IMG/VR virus record: IMGVR_UViG_3300025888_000025
Location: 1 to 29,799 of that record
DNA length: 29,799 nt
Reading direction: 5' to 3' (one strand)
Source: a virus
Lineage: Duplodnaviria > Caudoviricetes
A model generated the notes under the pieces. That model ran no database searches. It was not told the origin of the DNA and saw only the letters and a list, made by a program, of their open reading frames with translations. The position numbers and the translations under genes were made by a program. Position 1 is the first letter of the stretch. Each line of letters starts with the position of its first letter. Below, piece after piece: positions 1-7,750 of this stretch.

Positions 1-584
1 GGGGTAGGGGGTAGGGGGCTGGGGGAGTGCGCGTGCGCGTACGTGGAGGGTATCGGATACCCTGTCGGTGGGGTATCGGGACGGGTATCCGCGTTGAAGT
101 CAGCGCGCAGACTGTCAACGATTTCCTGAACGACCTTCCTGGTAGATGGCTGGTCGGAATTGGCGCCACCTGGCTTGTCGTTGAGTTCGTCCAATGGCAG
201 GCGTTCAAGCTCTTTGGCGAACGCGGAACGGAGCGCTGGGGACTCGATTAGGCGCGCATCTTCACGCATTCGGATCATCACTTTCGGTTGCCGCCACACT
301 CCGTCGTTGCGTACCATTGTGCGGATCAGCACCTCTTCGGTGTCCTCATCGGCAATGATGAAGCGCGCTACCGCTAGGGATTCGAGTGCGGCCATGATGG
401 TCTGCGAGGTGCCGCGGCCGACCTTCTTTGCCCATCGGCGTTCTCGCAATGGGAGCAGTCCGGCATGGGATAGGTCGGGCTGTGATAGCAGGAACAGGTA
501 GAGTCGCTGCGCTTCTGCGTCGAGCGCCAGGAAGTCCGGGTCGGACCAAATTGTGGTGGCGATTCGCCCATAGGAACGGGCCAT
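1..584 (-). CDS. RepA-like replication initiator, N-terminal part (runs off the window edge)
   Basis: Not in ORF track. Hand translation from ATG 584 (TGATG overlap): MARSYGRIATTIWSDPDFLALDAEAQRLYLFLLSQPDLSHAGLLPLRERRWAKK...EEVLIRTMVRNDG...PSPYPLPLP, matching the actinophage RepA-like N-terminal pattern and Pro-rich linker. Confidence 0.75.
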   Translation of the reverse strand, partial: MARSYGRIATTIWSDPDFLALDAEAQRLYLFLLSQPDLSHAGLLPLRERRWAKKVGRGTSQTIMAALESLAVARFIIADEDTEEVLIRTMVRNDGVWRQPKVMIRMREDARLIESPALRSAFAKELERLPLDELNDKPGGANSDQPSTRKVVQEIVDSLRADFNADTRPDTPPTGYPIPSTYAHAHSPSPLPPT

Positions 585-1159
585 CAGACTTCGCCGGACT
601 CTATGAGTTGAGCGGCGACCTCGTTGAGCGCCTGTAGTTTGTTCCTGACTATTCCACAGAAGTACTGGAATCGAGACCCGGGTTCGATACCTTTTCTCCC
701 CATGGCCGCCTCGACAGCGCTGAGAAGTCCTGGGGCCGACAACCCTGAGCGCACATAACCGAGAACGATTGCCTCCCAGTTTGAACTGAGCGGAAGCGTG
801 CGATCGGTTCCCGCTATCGTGAATGAAGTCCAGGACACGTAGAACCCGTCGATGTACGACTCCTCGGCGTCAGTCCTCTCATCTTCCCGCCTCGAGGCCT
901 CCTTCATGGCGAGTGCCCAACGCATGGCATCGTCAGAGACCTGGGCCACGGATTTCTCATCGGGGGAAGTGCTTCCCTTGCCTGAGTTGCAGTCAGCACA
1001 CGCGGTGACGAGGTTCTCTGGCTTATCAGATCCGCCGAGCGCGACGGGTAGCACGTGGTCAACGTGAAGCGCGACGTCTGGGGCTTTTCCGCCGCAGTAG
1101 CGGCAGGTGTGGGCGTCGCGCCTGAGCACTTCAAATCGGGTGCGCTTTGAGACGGCCAT
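584..1159 (-). CDS. HNH endonuclease with helical C-terminal extension
   Basis: RFEVLRRD-CRYCG...LHVDHVLPVALGGSD-PENLVTACADCNSGK motif. Confidence 0.92.
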   Translation of the reverse strand: MAVSKRTRFEVLRRDAHTCRYCGGKAPDVALHVDHVLPVALGGSDKPENLVTACADCNSGKGSTSPDEKSVAQVSDDAMRWALAMKEASRREDERTDAEESYIDGFYVSWTSFTIAGTDRTLPLSSNWEAIVLGYVRSGLSAPGLLSAVEAAMGRKGIEPGSRFQYFCGIVRNKLQALNEVAAQLIESGEV

Positions 1160-1347
1160 CAGGCGTCCTCGCGCGACTCTGGTCCTGCGAGCCTTTCGAC
1201 TTCGGCGCGGTTGTAGCGCCTTTGTCCTCCGAGCGTGCGGTGGACGGTAAGTTTTCCGTCATCCGCCCATCTGGTGATGGTCTTTGGATCGACCCCGAAG
1301 AACTCTGCCACTTCGCGGCGGGTGATGAGTACTGGTGGTTTGCTCAT
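1159..1347 (-). CDS. BldC/Xis-like MerR-type HTH DNA-binding protein
   Basis: LITRREVAEFFGVDPKTITRWADDGKLTVHRTLGGQRRY; ATG 1347 lies 6 nt after a TACGAT -10 box (leaderless). Confidence 0.88.
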   Translation of the reverse strand: MSKPPVLITRREVAEFFGVDPKTITRWADDGKLTVHRTLGGQRRYNRAEVERLAGPESREDA

Positions 1348-1353
1348 AAGGAC

Positions 1354-1359
1354 ATCGTA
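1354..1359 (-). promoter_or_regulatory. Putative -10 box of a leaderless promoter for the BldC-like/HNH/RepA unit
   Basis: TACGAT-gtcctt-ATG on minus strand; no SD; no clear -35. Confidence 0.5.
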
Positions 1360-1405
1360 TCGCATTTGGGGTCGCCGTGGGTAGTTGTGGACATTTGTGT
1401 CTTGT

Positions 1406-1627
1406 TCATCGCATTCCCCATCCGACTTGGTAAACGATCACTCCGAGCAGGAACATGAGCGCCCCGATGACGCTGAGGTGTAGCCACTTGAATTGGCGCT
1501 CGAGCCTGAGTGGTGGGTCGTTGAATCCTTCGCCGAGGCACACGGCGATGTATGGGCGGTGGGTGTCGTGTTGCCAGAGTCGCAGGGTGGTGGCGTTGAT
1601 GCCGCGCCAGAGTTTACGGTGGGTCAT
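1406..1627 (-). CDS. Hypothetical membrane protein
   Basis: ATGA-coupled start (MTHRKLW); C-terminal hydrophobic segment LSVIGALMFLLGVIVY. Confidence 0.65.
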   Translation of the reverse strand: MTHRKLWRGINATTLRLWQHDTHRPYIAVCLGEGFNDPPLRLERQFKWLHLSVIGALMFLLGVIVYQVGWGMR

Positions 1628-1962
1628 GATGTCTCCCTGACGACGATGGTGATTTCCCATGGTGAGATGCGGCTTGGTCCCCCGATGGCGTATGGGTCGA
1701 GGCGGGTTGCTCGGGCGCGGAGTGCGAGACCCCAGTGTCGGCGGACGGCGTTGTTCATGGAGAGTCGGCGGGCGATCATTTGCCGTTCAGTGCATTCGAT
1801 GAAGATTGATCCGGCGCTGTCTGGGTCGTGCGGATCGAACACGTTGATGAGGTCTCTGACGATGGCCTCTGGTGTTGTCCACGGCTCGATAGGCCAGTTT
1901 TTTGTCCCGGCTTTGGTCTCGGCAATGAACCTATGGATGCGCGCATACGGTGGGGCGCTCAT
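1624..1962 (-). CDS. Hypothetical phage protein
   Basis: 4-bp overlaps with both neighbours. Confidence 0.7.
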   Translation of the reverse strand: MSAPPYARIHRFIAETKAGTKNWPIEPWTTPEAIVRDLINVFDPHDPDSAGSIFIECTERQMIARRLSMNNAVRRHWGLALRARATRLDPYAIGGPSRISPWEITIVVRETS

Positions 1963-2138
1963 TTGCCGATTCCGAGCATGGTGAGGATAGCTGGTGCATC
2001 CTTGCCGCCCAACCTGTTGATGAGCCTTGTGGCGGCTTCGACTTCGGCGGGTGTGATGCGCCGGTAGTGGCCGTCGAAGATCGAGTTGTGAACCCTGGTG
2101 ATGGGTTTCTTCTGGAAGTGTGCGCCTCGCTGAGTCAT
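1959..2138 (-). CDS. Hypothetical phage protein
   Basis: ATGA overlap start MTQRGAHF. Confidence 0.65.
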   Translation of the reverse strand: MTQRGAHFQKKPITRVHNSIFDGHYRRITPAEVEAATRLINRLGGKDAPAILTMLGIGK

Positions 2139-2341
2139 GTCCTGTTCACCCATCCGGGGTCGACGTCGCAAGCCCCGGCGTGTTGTCCGCCTGCACGGTC
2201 ACACGACGGGCAGATGCGAAGGTCGATCTGGTACGCGGCGAAGATTTCCATCATCGACCTGTGGGGAGTATCTACGCCATCATCGGTCACGTTGTAAAGC
2301 TCGACAGCCATGTCCTCAGCCGTGGGTTCGTGATCGGTCAT
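2135..2341 (-). CDS. Small hypothetical protein, possible metal binder
   Basis: Coupled ORF with CPSC...HAGAC. Confidence 0.65.
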   Translation of the reverse strand: MTDHEPTAEDMAVELYNVTDDGVDTPHRSMMEIFAAYQIDLRICPSCDRAGGQHAGACDVDPGWVNRT

Positions 2342-2802
2342 GATTCGATTTGGAGTAGGGGGCGGAGGTCGCCGGTCTCTTTCGCGCGCTCCACTGCGTT
2401 GATCGTGGCCTGGTACACCGTCTGCCCACCGGGGAGCACCATATGTGCGTAGAACTCCTCCTCGAACGTCACGATGCCCGATGCGACGGCCTCAAGTTTG
2501 GCCTTCACAACGAGGTTGAGCGCGCGCCAACGTTGCCTCACGGCCTGTTCGTATGCCTCGGCCGCGGCGCGCGCGGTCCTCTGCAACCCCGTGGGCGTGC
2601 GCGTGAAGTCCCGCGAGTTCCGATCGGGCATGGGGAGGATGAACTTGATCTGCCTCTCGTGCAGAGAGAACCCGATCATCGCGGCACCGTCCTGCCATCC
2701 GTATGCGAACGCCGCCGCACCGTAGCGGACAAGGGTCTTCTCAATCTCGATCCGCGACTTGCCCGAATCGACGGTGGTCCACTGCGCATACTGCCCGCTC
2801 AT
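2338..2802 (-). CDS. Conserved hypothetical phage protein (true gene is the 3' part of the 439-aa track ORF)
   Basis: ATGA overlap at 2799-2802; YA..TTV...KSRIEIEKTLVRYGA...RQRWRAL.LVVKAKLEAV.SGI.TFEEEF pattern recalled from phage hypothetical proteins. Confidence 0.8.
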   Translation of the reverse strand: MSGQYAQWTTVDSGKSRIEIEKTLVRYGAAAFAYGWQDGAAMIGFSLHERQIKFILPMPDRNSRDFTRTPTGLQRTARAAAEAYEQAVRQRWRALNLVVKAKLEAVASGIVTFEEEFYAHMVLPGGQTVYQATINAVERAKETGDLRPLLQIES

Positions 2803-3383
2803 GCCAGCACTCCCTGTTCCTCGTCGAGCGTGCCCTGGGCGGTGGGGGTGGTGTCGAGCTCGGCCTTGCGTGCTTTGATGAGGGCGCGCGTGTCGTCGTC
2901 CTTGGTCGATGCGTCCCATAGCGCCATGAGTTCGTCGGGGGTTGCGCATGATGCGATCTGCGCGGACGTGGGCGGTTTCGTGGCGGCGGTTTCGGCGATA
3001 GGTTGCACGGGCCACGGCTTCTTGCGGCCAGCACCAGCGCCTCGGATGGTCACGATGCGCGCCTTGTCGATGTGCGACAGGTGGCTGATGCGAACCCCTC
3101 CGACCTTGTCCTTGCCGTACATGACGTCGGGGTCGTTGTACACGGTGACCTGGTGTCCAACCCACGCCTCGGCTTTGGTGCCCCAGCAGGCGGCGAGCAC
3201 GTCGAGCATTCCCTTGCTTGGGCGCCAGACACGGTCGAAGTCGACGAAGCGGATTTCGGCGACTGTCTTGCCGTCGCGCTTGCCAAGTTTTGATCCGGGG
3301 GCGATGGTAAAGGTGCGTGGGTTGACCAGTTCGACCGCGTCCAGTTGGTCGCTTGCTGGTGCGAGCGCTTCGGTGATGTCCAT
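2799..3383 (-). CDS. Conserved phage protein in recombination module (candidate ssDNA-binding/annealing protein)
   Basis: Start MDITEALAPASDQLDA (TGATG overlap); WRPSKGM...WG...YNDPDVMYG..VGGVRISHLSHID; lies downstream of YqaJ. Confidence 0.7.
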   Translation of the reverse strand: MDITEALAPASDQLDAVELVNPRTFTIAPGSKLGKRDGKTVAEIRFVDFDRVWRPSKGMLDVLAACWGTKAEAWVGHQVTVYNDPDVMYGKDKVGGVRISHLSHIDKARIVTIRGAGAGRKKPWPVQPIAETAATKPPTSAQIASCATPDELMALWDASTKDDDTRALIKARKAELDTTPTAQGTLDEEQGVLA

Positions 3384-4597
3384 CAGGCCACGGACCCATC
3401 TTCGATGACCACACCGACGCCGGAGCCATCTGCGACGCGCTCGACCCATACCTGGAAGTCGTTCGCTGCCGCCATTGCGCCGATTGCTTCCATGGATTCT
3501 GCATCGAGCAGGGAGCCGTCGAGGATGCGGATGACGCGCAACTTGGGATTGAGTGCCATTGCCATGGCGAGCGACACCTTGATCTGTTCGGCGCTGGACG
3601 CCTGCGAGAACGGGACGCCCTGGAAGGTGACACCATCGTCAGTGAACCCGAGGCCATCGACGGGGAACTTGGCCGCCGCCAGCGCCTTGTCGCGCTTGGT
3701 GTCGAGGGCGTCGATCTTGGCCGTGTGGTCGTTGTAGTCGGCGGTCAACTTGGCGTGCGTGGCGCCCTTGGTGCGGGCTTCGTTGTTCGCGCGGATCGCG
3801 GCGTTGGTCTGCTCGACGTTTGCCAGGTCGGATTCGAGAGCCGTCGTGTCTGGCGCGATCGGCAACGCCGCGAGGGTCTTGGACCGGTCTTCGAATGTGC
3901 CAGACCAGTTTGCCAGTTCGGCCTCAAGGTCCACGAGTTGCGCCTTGATTGCAGTCACCTTCTGCGATGCGATGTTGACGTTGCTCTCAGCAGTAGATCG
4001 CGCGCTCTCGGCGGCTTGAGCGTTGCGGATCTGTTCGATGATCGCGGTGGCCGACCGTTCTGTCTCGGCAAGAGACTTGTCGACCTTGGGCACGTCCCCC
4101 AGCGCCTTACCCTGGCGCCCCAGTTCGGTGCGCGCGTCGTAGAGCTTTTGACGCTCGGCGGCCATTGCGTCGAGGTCGACGTCGAGGTCCACGAGGTCAA
4201 GCAACGCCGCCACCTGTTCACGTCCTGAGAGGCGAGTGAACGCGAGCGGGTCAAACGACAGGCGGCCCACGAGTGCGTCGAGCATGGCCTGGGGCGACGT
4301 GTACTTGGCCCCGTCCGCGCTCTTGACGGTGAGCGTCGTCTTGTCGCCCGTCCACGTGCGGGTGACTACGAGGTCTCCCAGGTCAAGCGTCACCGATGCC
4401 GACTCTTCGCCGTCGCGGATCGGCTTTGCGGTTTCGCGCATTGCCGCCCCGCCGCCGAGTGCGAGCCAGATGGCATCCATGACGGACGTCTTGCCCTGAG
4501 CGTTCCGACCCGCGATGACTTGGAGCGTGCCGTCCGGCTCAATGTGGACGGCCTTGAGACGCTTCACGTTTTCTGCGGTGAGACTGACGATCTTCAT
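3383..4597 (-). CDS. Short SMC/Rad50/RecN-like ABC-type ATPase with coiled coil
   Basis: ENVKRL N-terminus, Walker A GRNAQGKTS, central coiled coil, signature-like ASSAEQ, Walker B-like VIRILDG. Confidence 0.88.
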   Translation of the reverse strand: MKIVSLTAENVKRLKAVHIEPDGTLQVIAGRNAQGKTSVMDAIWLALGGGAAMRETAKPIRDGEESASVTLDLGDLVVTRTWTGDKTTLTVKSADGAKYTSPQAMLDALVGRLSFDPLAFTRLSGREQVAALLDLVDLDVDLDAMAAERQKLYDARTELGRQGKALGDVPKVDKSLAETERSATAIIEQIRNAQAAESARSTAESNVNIASQKVTAIKAQLVDLEAELANWSGTFEDRSKTLAALPIAPDTTALESDLANVEQTNAAIRANNEARTKGATHAKLTADYNDHTAKIDALDTKRDKALAAAKFPVDGLGFTDDGVTFQGVPFSQASSAEQIKVSLAMAMALNPKLRVIRILDGSLLDAESMEAIGAMAAANDFQVWVERVADGSGVGVVIEDGSVA

Positions 4598-4598
4598 G

Positions 4599-5273
4599 TT
4601 AGAACTCGATTCCTGCGTTGTAGTTGATGTATTCGGTGACGGGAAGCCCCTCGACGGCCGCCATGTAGGTGTCGATCATGCTGAGAATGTCGGCCTCGAG
4701 TGAGACGACGGCCGCGGCGATGACGTTGAACCATTCGGCGGATGCTTCGACGCGCTGCACCCACATGGGCATTCCCCCACAGTAGGAGAGGTAGTCGCAC
4801 CACTCGCGTTCGGCAACAAACATGCCACCCTGCATTTGGGCCATGTGCGTGTGGTCGATCGGTGCGCCAAGGATGCGATCGAGGTGGATCTTCGGTTCGG
4901 CGGACTTTGCCTCAATGAGGCCGTCGTCACCCACGACGCCATCGGGAGAAAACCCGAGACGTGCGGAGCCCACGCTGCGTTCCATGAAGCCGACCTCAGT
5001 GGCCTGCGCATGGGTGAGCGTGTACAGGTCGCGCGCCAACGGTTCGTCCATGTGGCCGCGCATTATGGCTTCACTGGTGAACGTTGGCTGGATGCGGCCC
5101 GTGATGCGTTCGGATGCAAGCAACCTGGCAAGCGTGCGCGACGTTTCGTTGGCCGCAACCTTGAGTGTTGGCGTGACGAGTTTGCCCATGACGGAAGCCG
5201 TGACGATGCCACGCCGCAACTCGAACCACTCATCGGACCCCTGCTCGATGTCGTTGTGAACCGTGTGCGTCAT
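4599..5273 (-). CDS. YqaJ/lambda-exonuclease family exonuclease
   Basis: EQGSDEWFELRRGIVTAS, GFSPDGVVGDDGLIEAK, QMQGGM; purine-rich SD before ATG 5273. Confidence 0.93.
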   Translation of the reverse strand: MTHTVHNDIEQGSDEWFELRRGIVTASVMGKLVTPTLKVAANETSRTLARLLASERITGRIQPTFTSEAIMRGHMDEPLARDLYTLTHAQATEVGFMERSVGSARLGFSPDGVVGDDGLIEAKSAEPKIHLDRILGAPIDHTHMAQMQGGMFVAEREWCDYLSYCGGMPMWVQRVEASAEWFNVIAAAVVSLEADILSMIDTYMAAVEGLPVTEYINYNAGIEF

Positions 5274-5389
5274 CGTCCTTCCCCCTTGGCGTCGCACACG
5301 GCGAGCGTGAGGAGGAACCCGGCGCTCATGGCCGTGGCGATGGCAACGGACACGCCGACCAGGGACCACGTCAGGATCGGGCGGGTCAT
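5270..5389 (-). CDS. 39-aa single-TM peptide (below ORF track cut-off)
   Basis: MTRPILTWSLVGVSVAIATAMSAGFLLTLAVCDAKGEGR; ATGA overlaps at both ends fill the gap exactly. Confidence 0.7.
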   Translation of the reverse strand: MTRPILTWSLVGVSVAIATAMSAGFLLTLAVCDAKGEGR

Positions 5390-6198
5390 GGGGTCACCGC
5401 CGTAAAGGTCTCAAGATACGGGATGTTCTTCCACGTGCTGATCCCCGTGCATCCGTCCTTGCGGCTCGTCCAAGTGAAGGGGTCGTTGCGGTCGTCGGTG
5501 CGGTACACGTCGTACAATTCACCGTCACCGTTGTCGACGTACCCCACGTACCCGAACCCACTCGGTTCTTCCGGTGCGGGCGGGGTGGTTGATTCGCCGG
5601 GACTCGGCATGATCGGAAGCACGCGGCCCAGGGCGCACAGTTCGGCCCACGACGAGCGGATTCCCTGACCAGGCAACACCCATGGCTTGTCGCCGGGCTG
5701 GTAGACAGGAACGCGAACGTGAGTCTTGCTTCCGACGCAAACCTTCGCGCCAAGTTCCTGGGGCTCGTCAACCTGCGCGGGGGGCGGCGGGGTTTGGGTC
5801 GCGCGGAAGGCGAGGAAGGACGCGAGTGCATTCTTTGACGCCGGGTGATCGACATGAAACTTGAGCAGGCCGTTCGCTTCGGCGCCGTCACAATGCATCG
5901 CCCATGGAAATCCTGGACCGTCATTGATCGTGAAGTCGTCATGGAACACGCGCCAGCCAAGAGTTGCCCGCTGGACGTACCACCTACCCCGCCGCGCCTC
6001 AGTGCGGTCGTCCTTGGTCCAGGCCCAGGTGTCACGCTCGGCCTCGATGAATGCGTGCATGGCCTTGGCGATGCGCTCCTGCAACCTGAGATCGAACCAG
6101 GTCTGCGGAGCCTCGTAAGCAACGTCGCCCATCGGGAACGTGCGCCAAACCTTGACGCCCTCGAACTCGAACGGGGCGGATTGTGTGTAGACGGTCAT
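5386..6198 (-). CDS. Hypothetical multi-module protein with Pro-rich linkers
   Basis: ATGA-coupled start MTVYTQS; linkers TPPPPAQVDEP and TPPAPEEP. Confidence 0.75.
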   Translation of the reverse strand: MTVYTQSAPFEFEGVKVWRTFPMGDVAYEAPQTWFDLRLQERIAKAMHAFIEAERDTWAWTKDDRTEARRGRWYVQRATLGWRVFHDDFTINDGPGFPWAMHCDGAEANGLLKFHVDHPASKNALASFLAFRATQTPPPPAQVDEPQELGAKVCVGSKTHVRVPVYQPGDKPWVLPGQGIRSSWAELCALGRVLPIMPSPGESTTPPAPEEPSGFGYVGYVDNGDGELYDVYRTDDRNDPFTWTSRKDGCTGISTWKNIPYLETFTAVTP

Positions 6199-6398
6199 CG
6201 GTCCATCACCCAAATCACAAGCGCGCCGACGATGAGAAAGGCGACGACGACTGCGGCGCCGATCCACAGGGGCGACAGGACCCACCACCACGACCAGGCG
6301 ATGTACCCGGTCAACTTGAGGGCGACGAATAGGACCGTGAGCAATCCCGTGAATCCGATGTCCGACGAACTGGACGTGTTGCTCTGTGTAGTGCTCAT
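6195..6398 (-). CDS. Small two-TM phage membrane protein
   Basis: IGFTGLLTVLFVALKLTGYIAWSWWWVLSPLWI, a widespread phage membrane-protein pattern. Confidence 0.85.
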   Translation of the reverse strand: MSTTQSNTSSSSDIGFTGLLTVLFVALKLTGYIAWSWWWVLSPLWIGAAVVVAFLIVGALVIWVMDR

Positions 6399-6715
6399 TT
6401 CACTGCCTCCAAATTGGGTACATGCCATACGGGCTTGGGTCGTTTGCGGTTGCGATTCTTGAGATCGTTGGCGGGTGCGGTGCGACCAGTGTCGATGATG
6501 ATGCCACGGTTAGCGAACCCGTTCATGATGCCACCAACACGCCACGGGTTCATGGGCGTCTTGAGCTCAGCCCTGATCTGCGCAGCGGTGACAATGCCAC
6601 CCGTGCTCGCCGCCACACGACGCACCGCACGACAGAACGCCTCACGCTCCAACGTCGCAATCGTCCCCGGCTCACGGTCAACTTGGTCGACCAGCGACCA
6701 GTCCTCGGCGGTCAT
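6395..6715 (-). CDS. Hypothetical protein, possible winged-helix DNA binder
   Basis: Coupled start MTAEDW; GGIVTAAQIRAEL...VGGIMNGFANRGII; basic C-terminus. Confidence 0.65.
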   Translation of the reverse strand: MTAEDWSLVDQVDREPGTIATLEREAFCRAVRRVAASTGGIVTAAQIRAELKTPMNPWRVGGIMNGFANRGIIIDTGRTAPANDLKNRNRKRPKPVWHVPNLEAVK

Positions 6716-7029
6716 CGCGTGACCGTCATGAGCGCATCGACGGCGACCTTGAGGCACTTGATGCAACCCACACCATCCTCGCGAAGGTCCTTCTCGAAGC
6801 GCACCTCGCCACAGAGCGTCACCGAGGGAATGTCCAGCACGCTACTGAATGCGAGCGCGTGGATCACGCGCGGTACCGTTGGGCCATACTCGTTGGCGAC
6901 AATGTACTCGGCGATGGCCTGTGCGTGACTGGCCTCGTTGGCGGAGGGTTTGTGGCCCTCGACTTTGGTGATGTAGTCGTCACCTTCGCGCCACACCTTG
7001 TAGCCGTGACTTGAAACGAACTTGCTCAT
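6712..7029 (-). CDS. Hypothetical protein with CG...CIKC motif
   Basis: SD GGAGG before ATG 7029 (MSKFVSS). Confidence 0.7.
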   Translation of the reverse strand: MSKFVSSHGYKVWREGDDYITKVEGHKPSANEASHAQAIAEYIVANEYGPTVPRVIHALAFSSVLDIPSVTLCGEVRFEKDLREDGVGCIKCLKVAVDALMTVTR

Positions 7030-7051
7030 GGCGTCCTCCAACGCTTGTGGT

Positions 7052-7267
7052 TCAGATGGTCGAGTCGACGCGCAACGATTCGGCGAACCGTTGATTGATA
7101 CGCGCCTCATTGTGTACGGCGGCAATGACATGCGCGTCATAGAACGGGATCGGGTCGGGTAGCCGGTACATGCCAGCCTGGACGGTGAACGCGCCGCCGA
7201 AGTGGATCACGTGCGCGTCCTCGTTGCGGTCCAGAGCGCGAAGGTCAACCTCGGGCATGTCACCCAT
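7052..7267 (-). CDS. Hypothetical phage protein
   Basis: Start overlaps upstream stop codon. Confidence 0.6.
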   Translation of the reverse strand: MGDMPEVDLRALDRNEDAHVIHFGGAFTVQAGMYRLPDPIPFYDAHVIAAVHNEARINQRFAESLRVDSTI

Positions 7268-7509
7268 CACGCCCACTCGTCCTCGACGTAGTTGGTTTCG
7301 TACAGGGCCTCAAGGTCTGCGTGTGCGCGTTCCACGTCTTTGAAGCACACGTTGAACACGGCCACTGTGATGACGGCGGCAACACTGTAGGCGAACCAGT
7401 TGTCAAAGGCCGACGCGACAGCAAACGAACCCATCCCGGTCCCGATGGTGACAAGTGCCACAATCACCCAGGCGAACGCGAGACGATGGCGAGCGGTACG
7501 AATGGTCAC
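7267..7509 (-). CDS. Two-TM membrane protein with acidic tail
   Basis: Two hydrophobic segments; GTGA coupling. Confidence 0.7.
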   Translation of the reverse strand: MTIRTARHRLAFAWVIVALVTIGTGMGSFAVASAFDNWFAYSVAAVITVAVFNVCFKDVERAHADLEALYETNYVEDEWA

Positions 7510-7679
7510 TTCTCGCCGTACACTTCTGCCGAGCCGCCCGCGTAGTCGGTGAGCAGTTCACGGATCACGGAGCCGAGCGAACGACCCTCGGCGGCGGCCT
7601 CATCCTTGGCGGCCTCCCAGAGGTCTGAGTTGCACCTGAATGAACGCATCCAGGTGTTGGTGTCTTTGTGCTTGTCCAC
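7506..7679 (-). CDS. Ribbon-helix-helix DNA-binding protein
   Basis: MRSFRCNSDLWEAAKDEAAAEGRSLGSVIRELLTDY; SD AAGGAG before GTG 7679 (alternative leaderless ATG 7715). Confidence 0.85.
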   Translation of the reverse strand: MDKHKDTNTWMRSFRCNSDLWEAAKDEAAAEGRSLGSVIRELLTDYAGGSAEVYGEK

Positions 7680-7721
7680 GGTGTCTCCTTGAGTTGAGGT
7701 TGCTGTTGATGTCATGACTTG

Positions 7722-7750
7722 AACTTATACCCCACGTCTTGACGTGTCAA
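7722..7750 (-). promoter_or_regulatory. SigA-type promoter for RHH-led early operon
   Basis: TTGACA (7750-7745), 17-nt spacer, TAAGTT (7727-7722); -35 lies in near-palindrome CTTGACACGTCAAG. Confidence 0.8.

Noticed and set aside
1-45. GGGGTA repeats, G-quadruplex or telomere-like
   Set aside because: Encodes the Pro-rich linker of the RepA-like gene on the minus strand
2803-3657. N-terminal 285 aa of the 439-aa track ORF
   Set aside because: Arg-rich alternative frame over two real genes; true start is 2802
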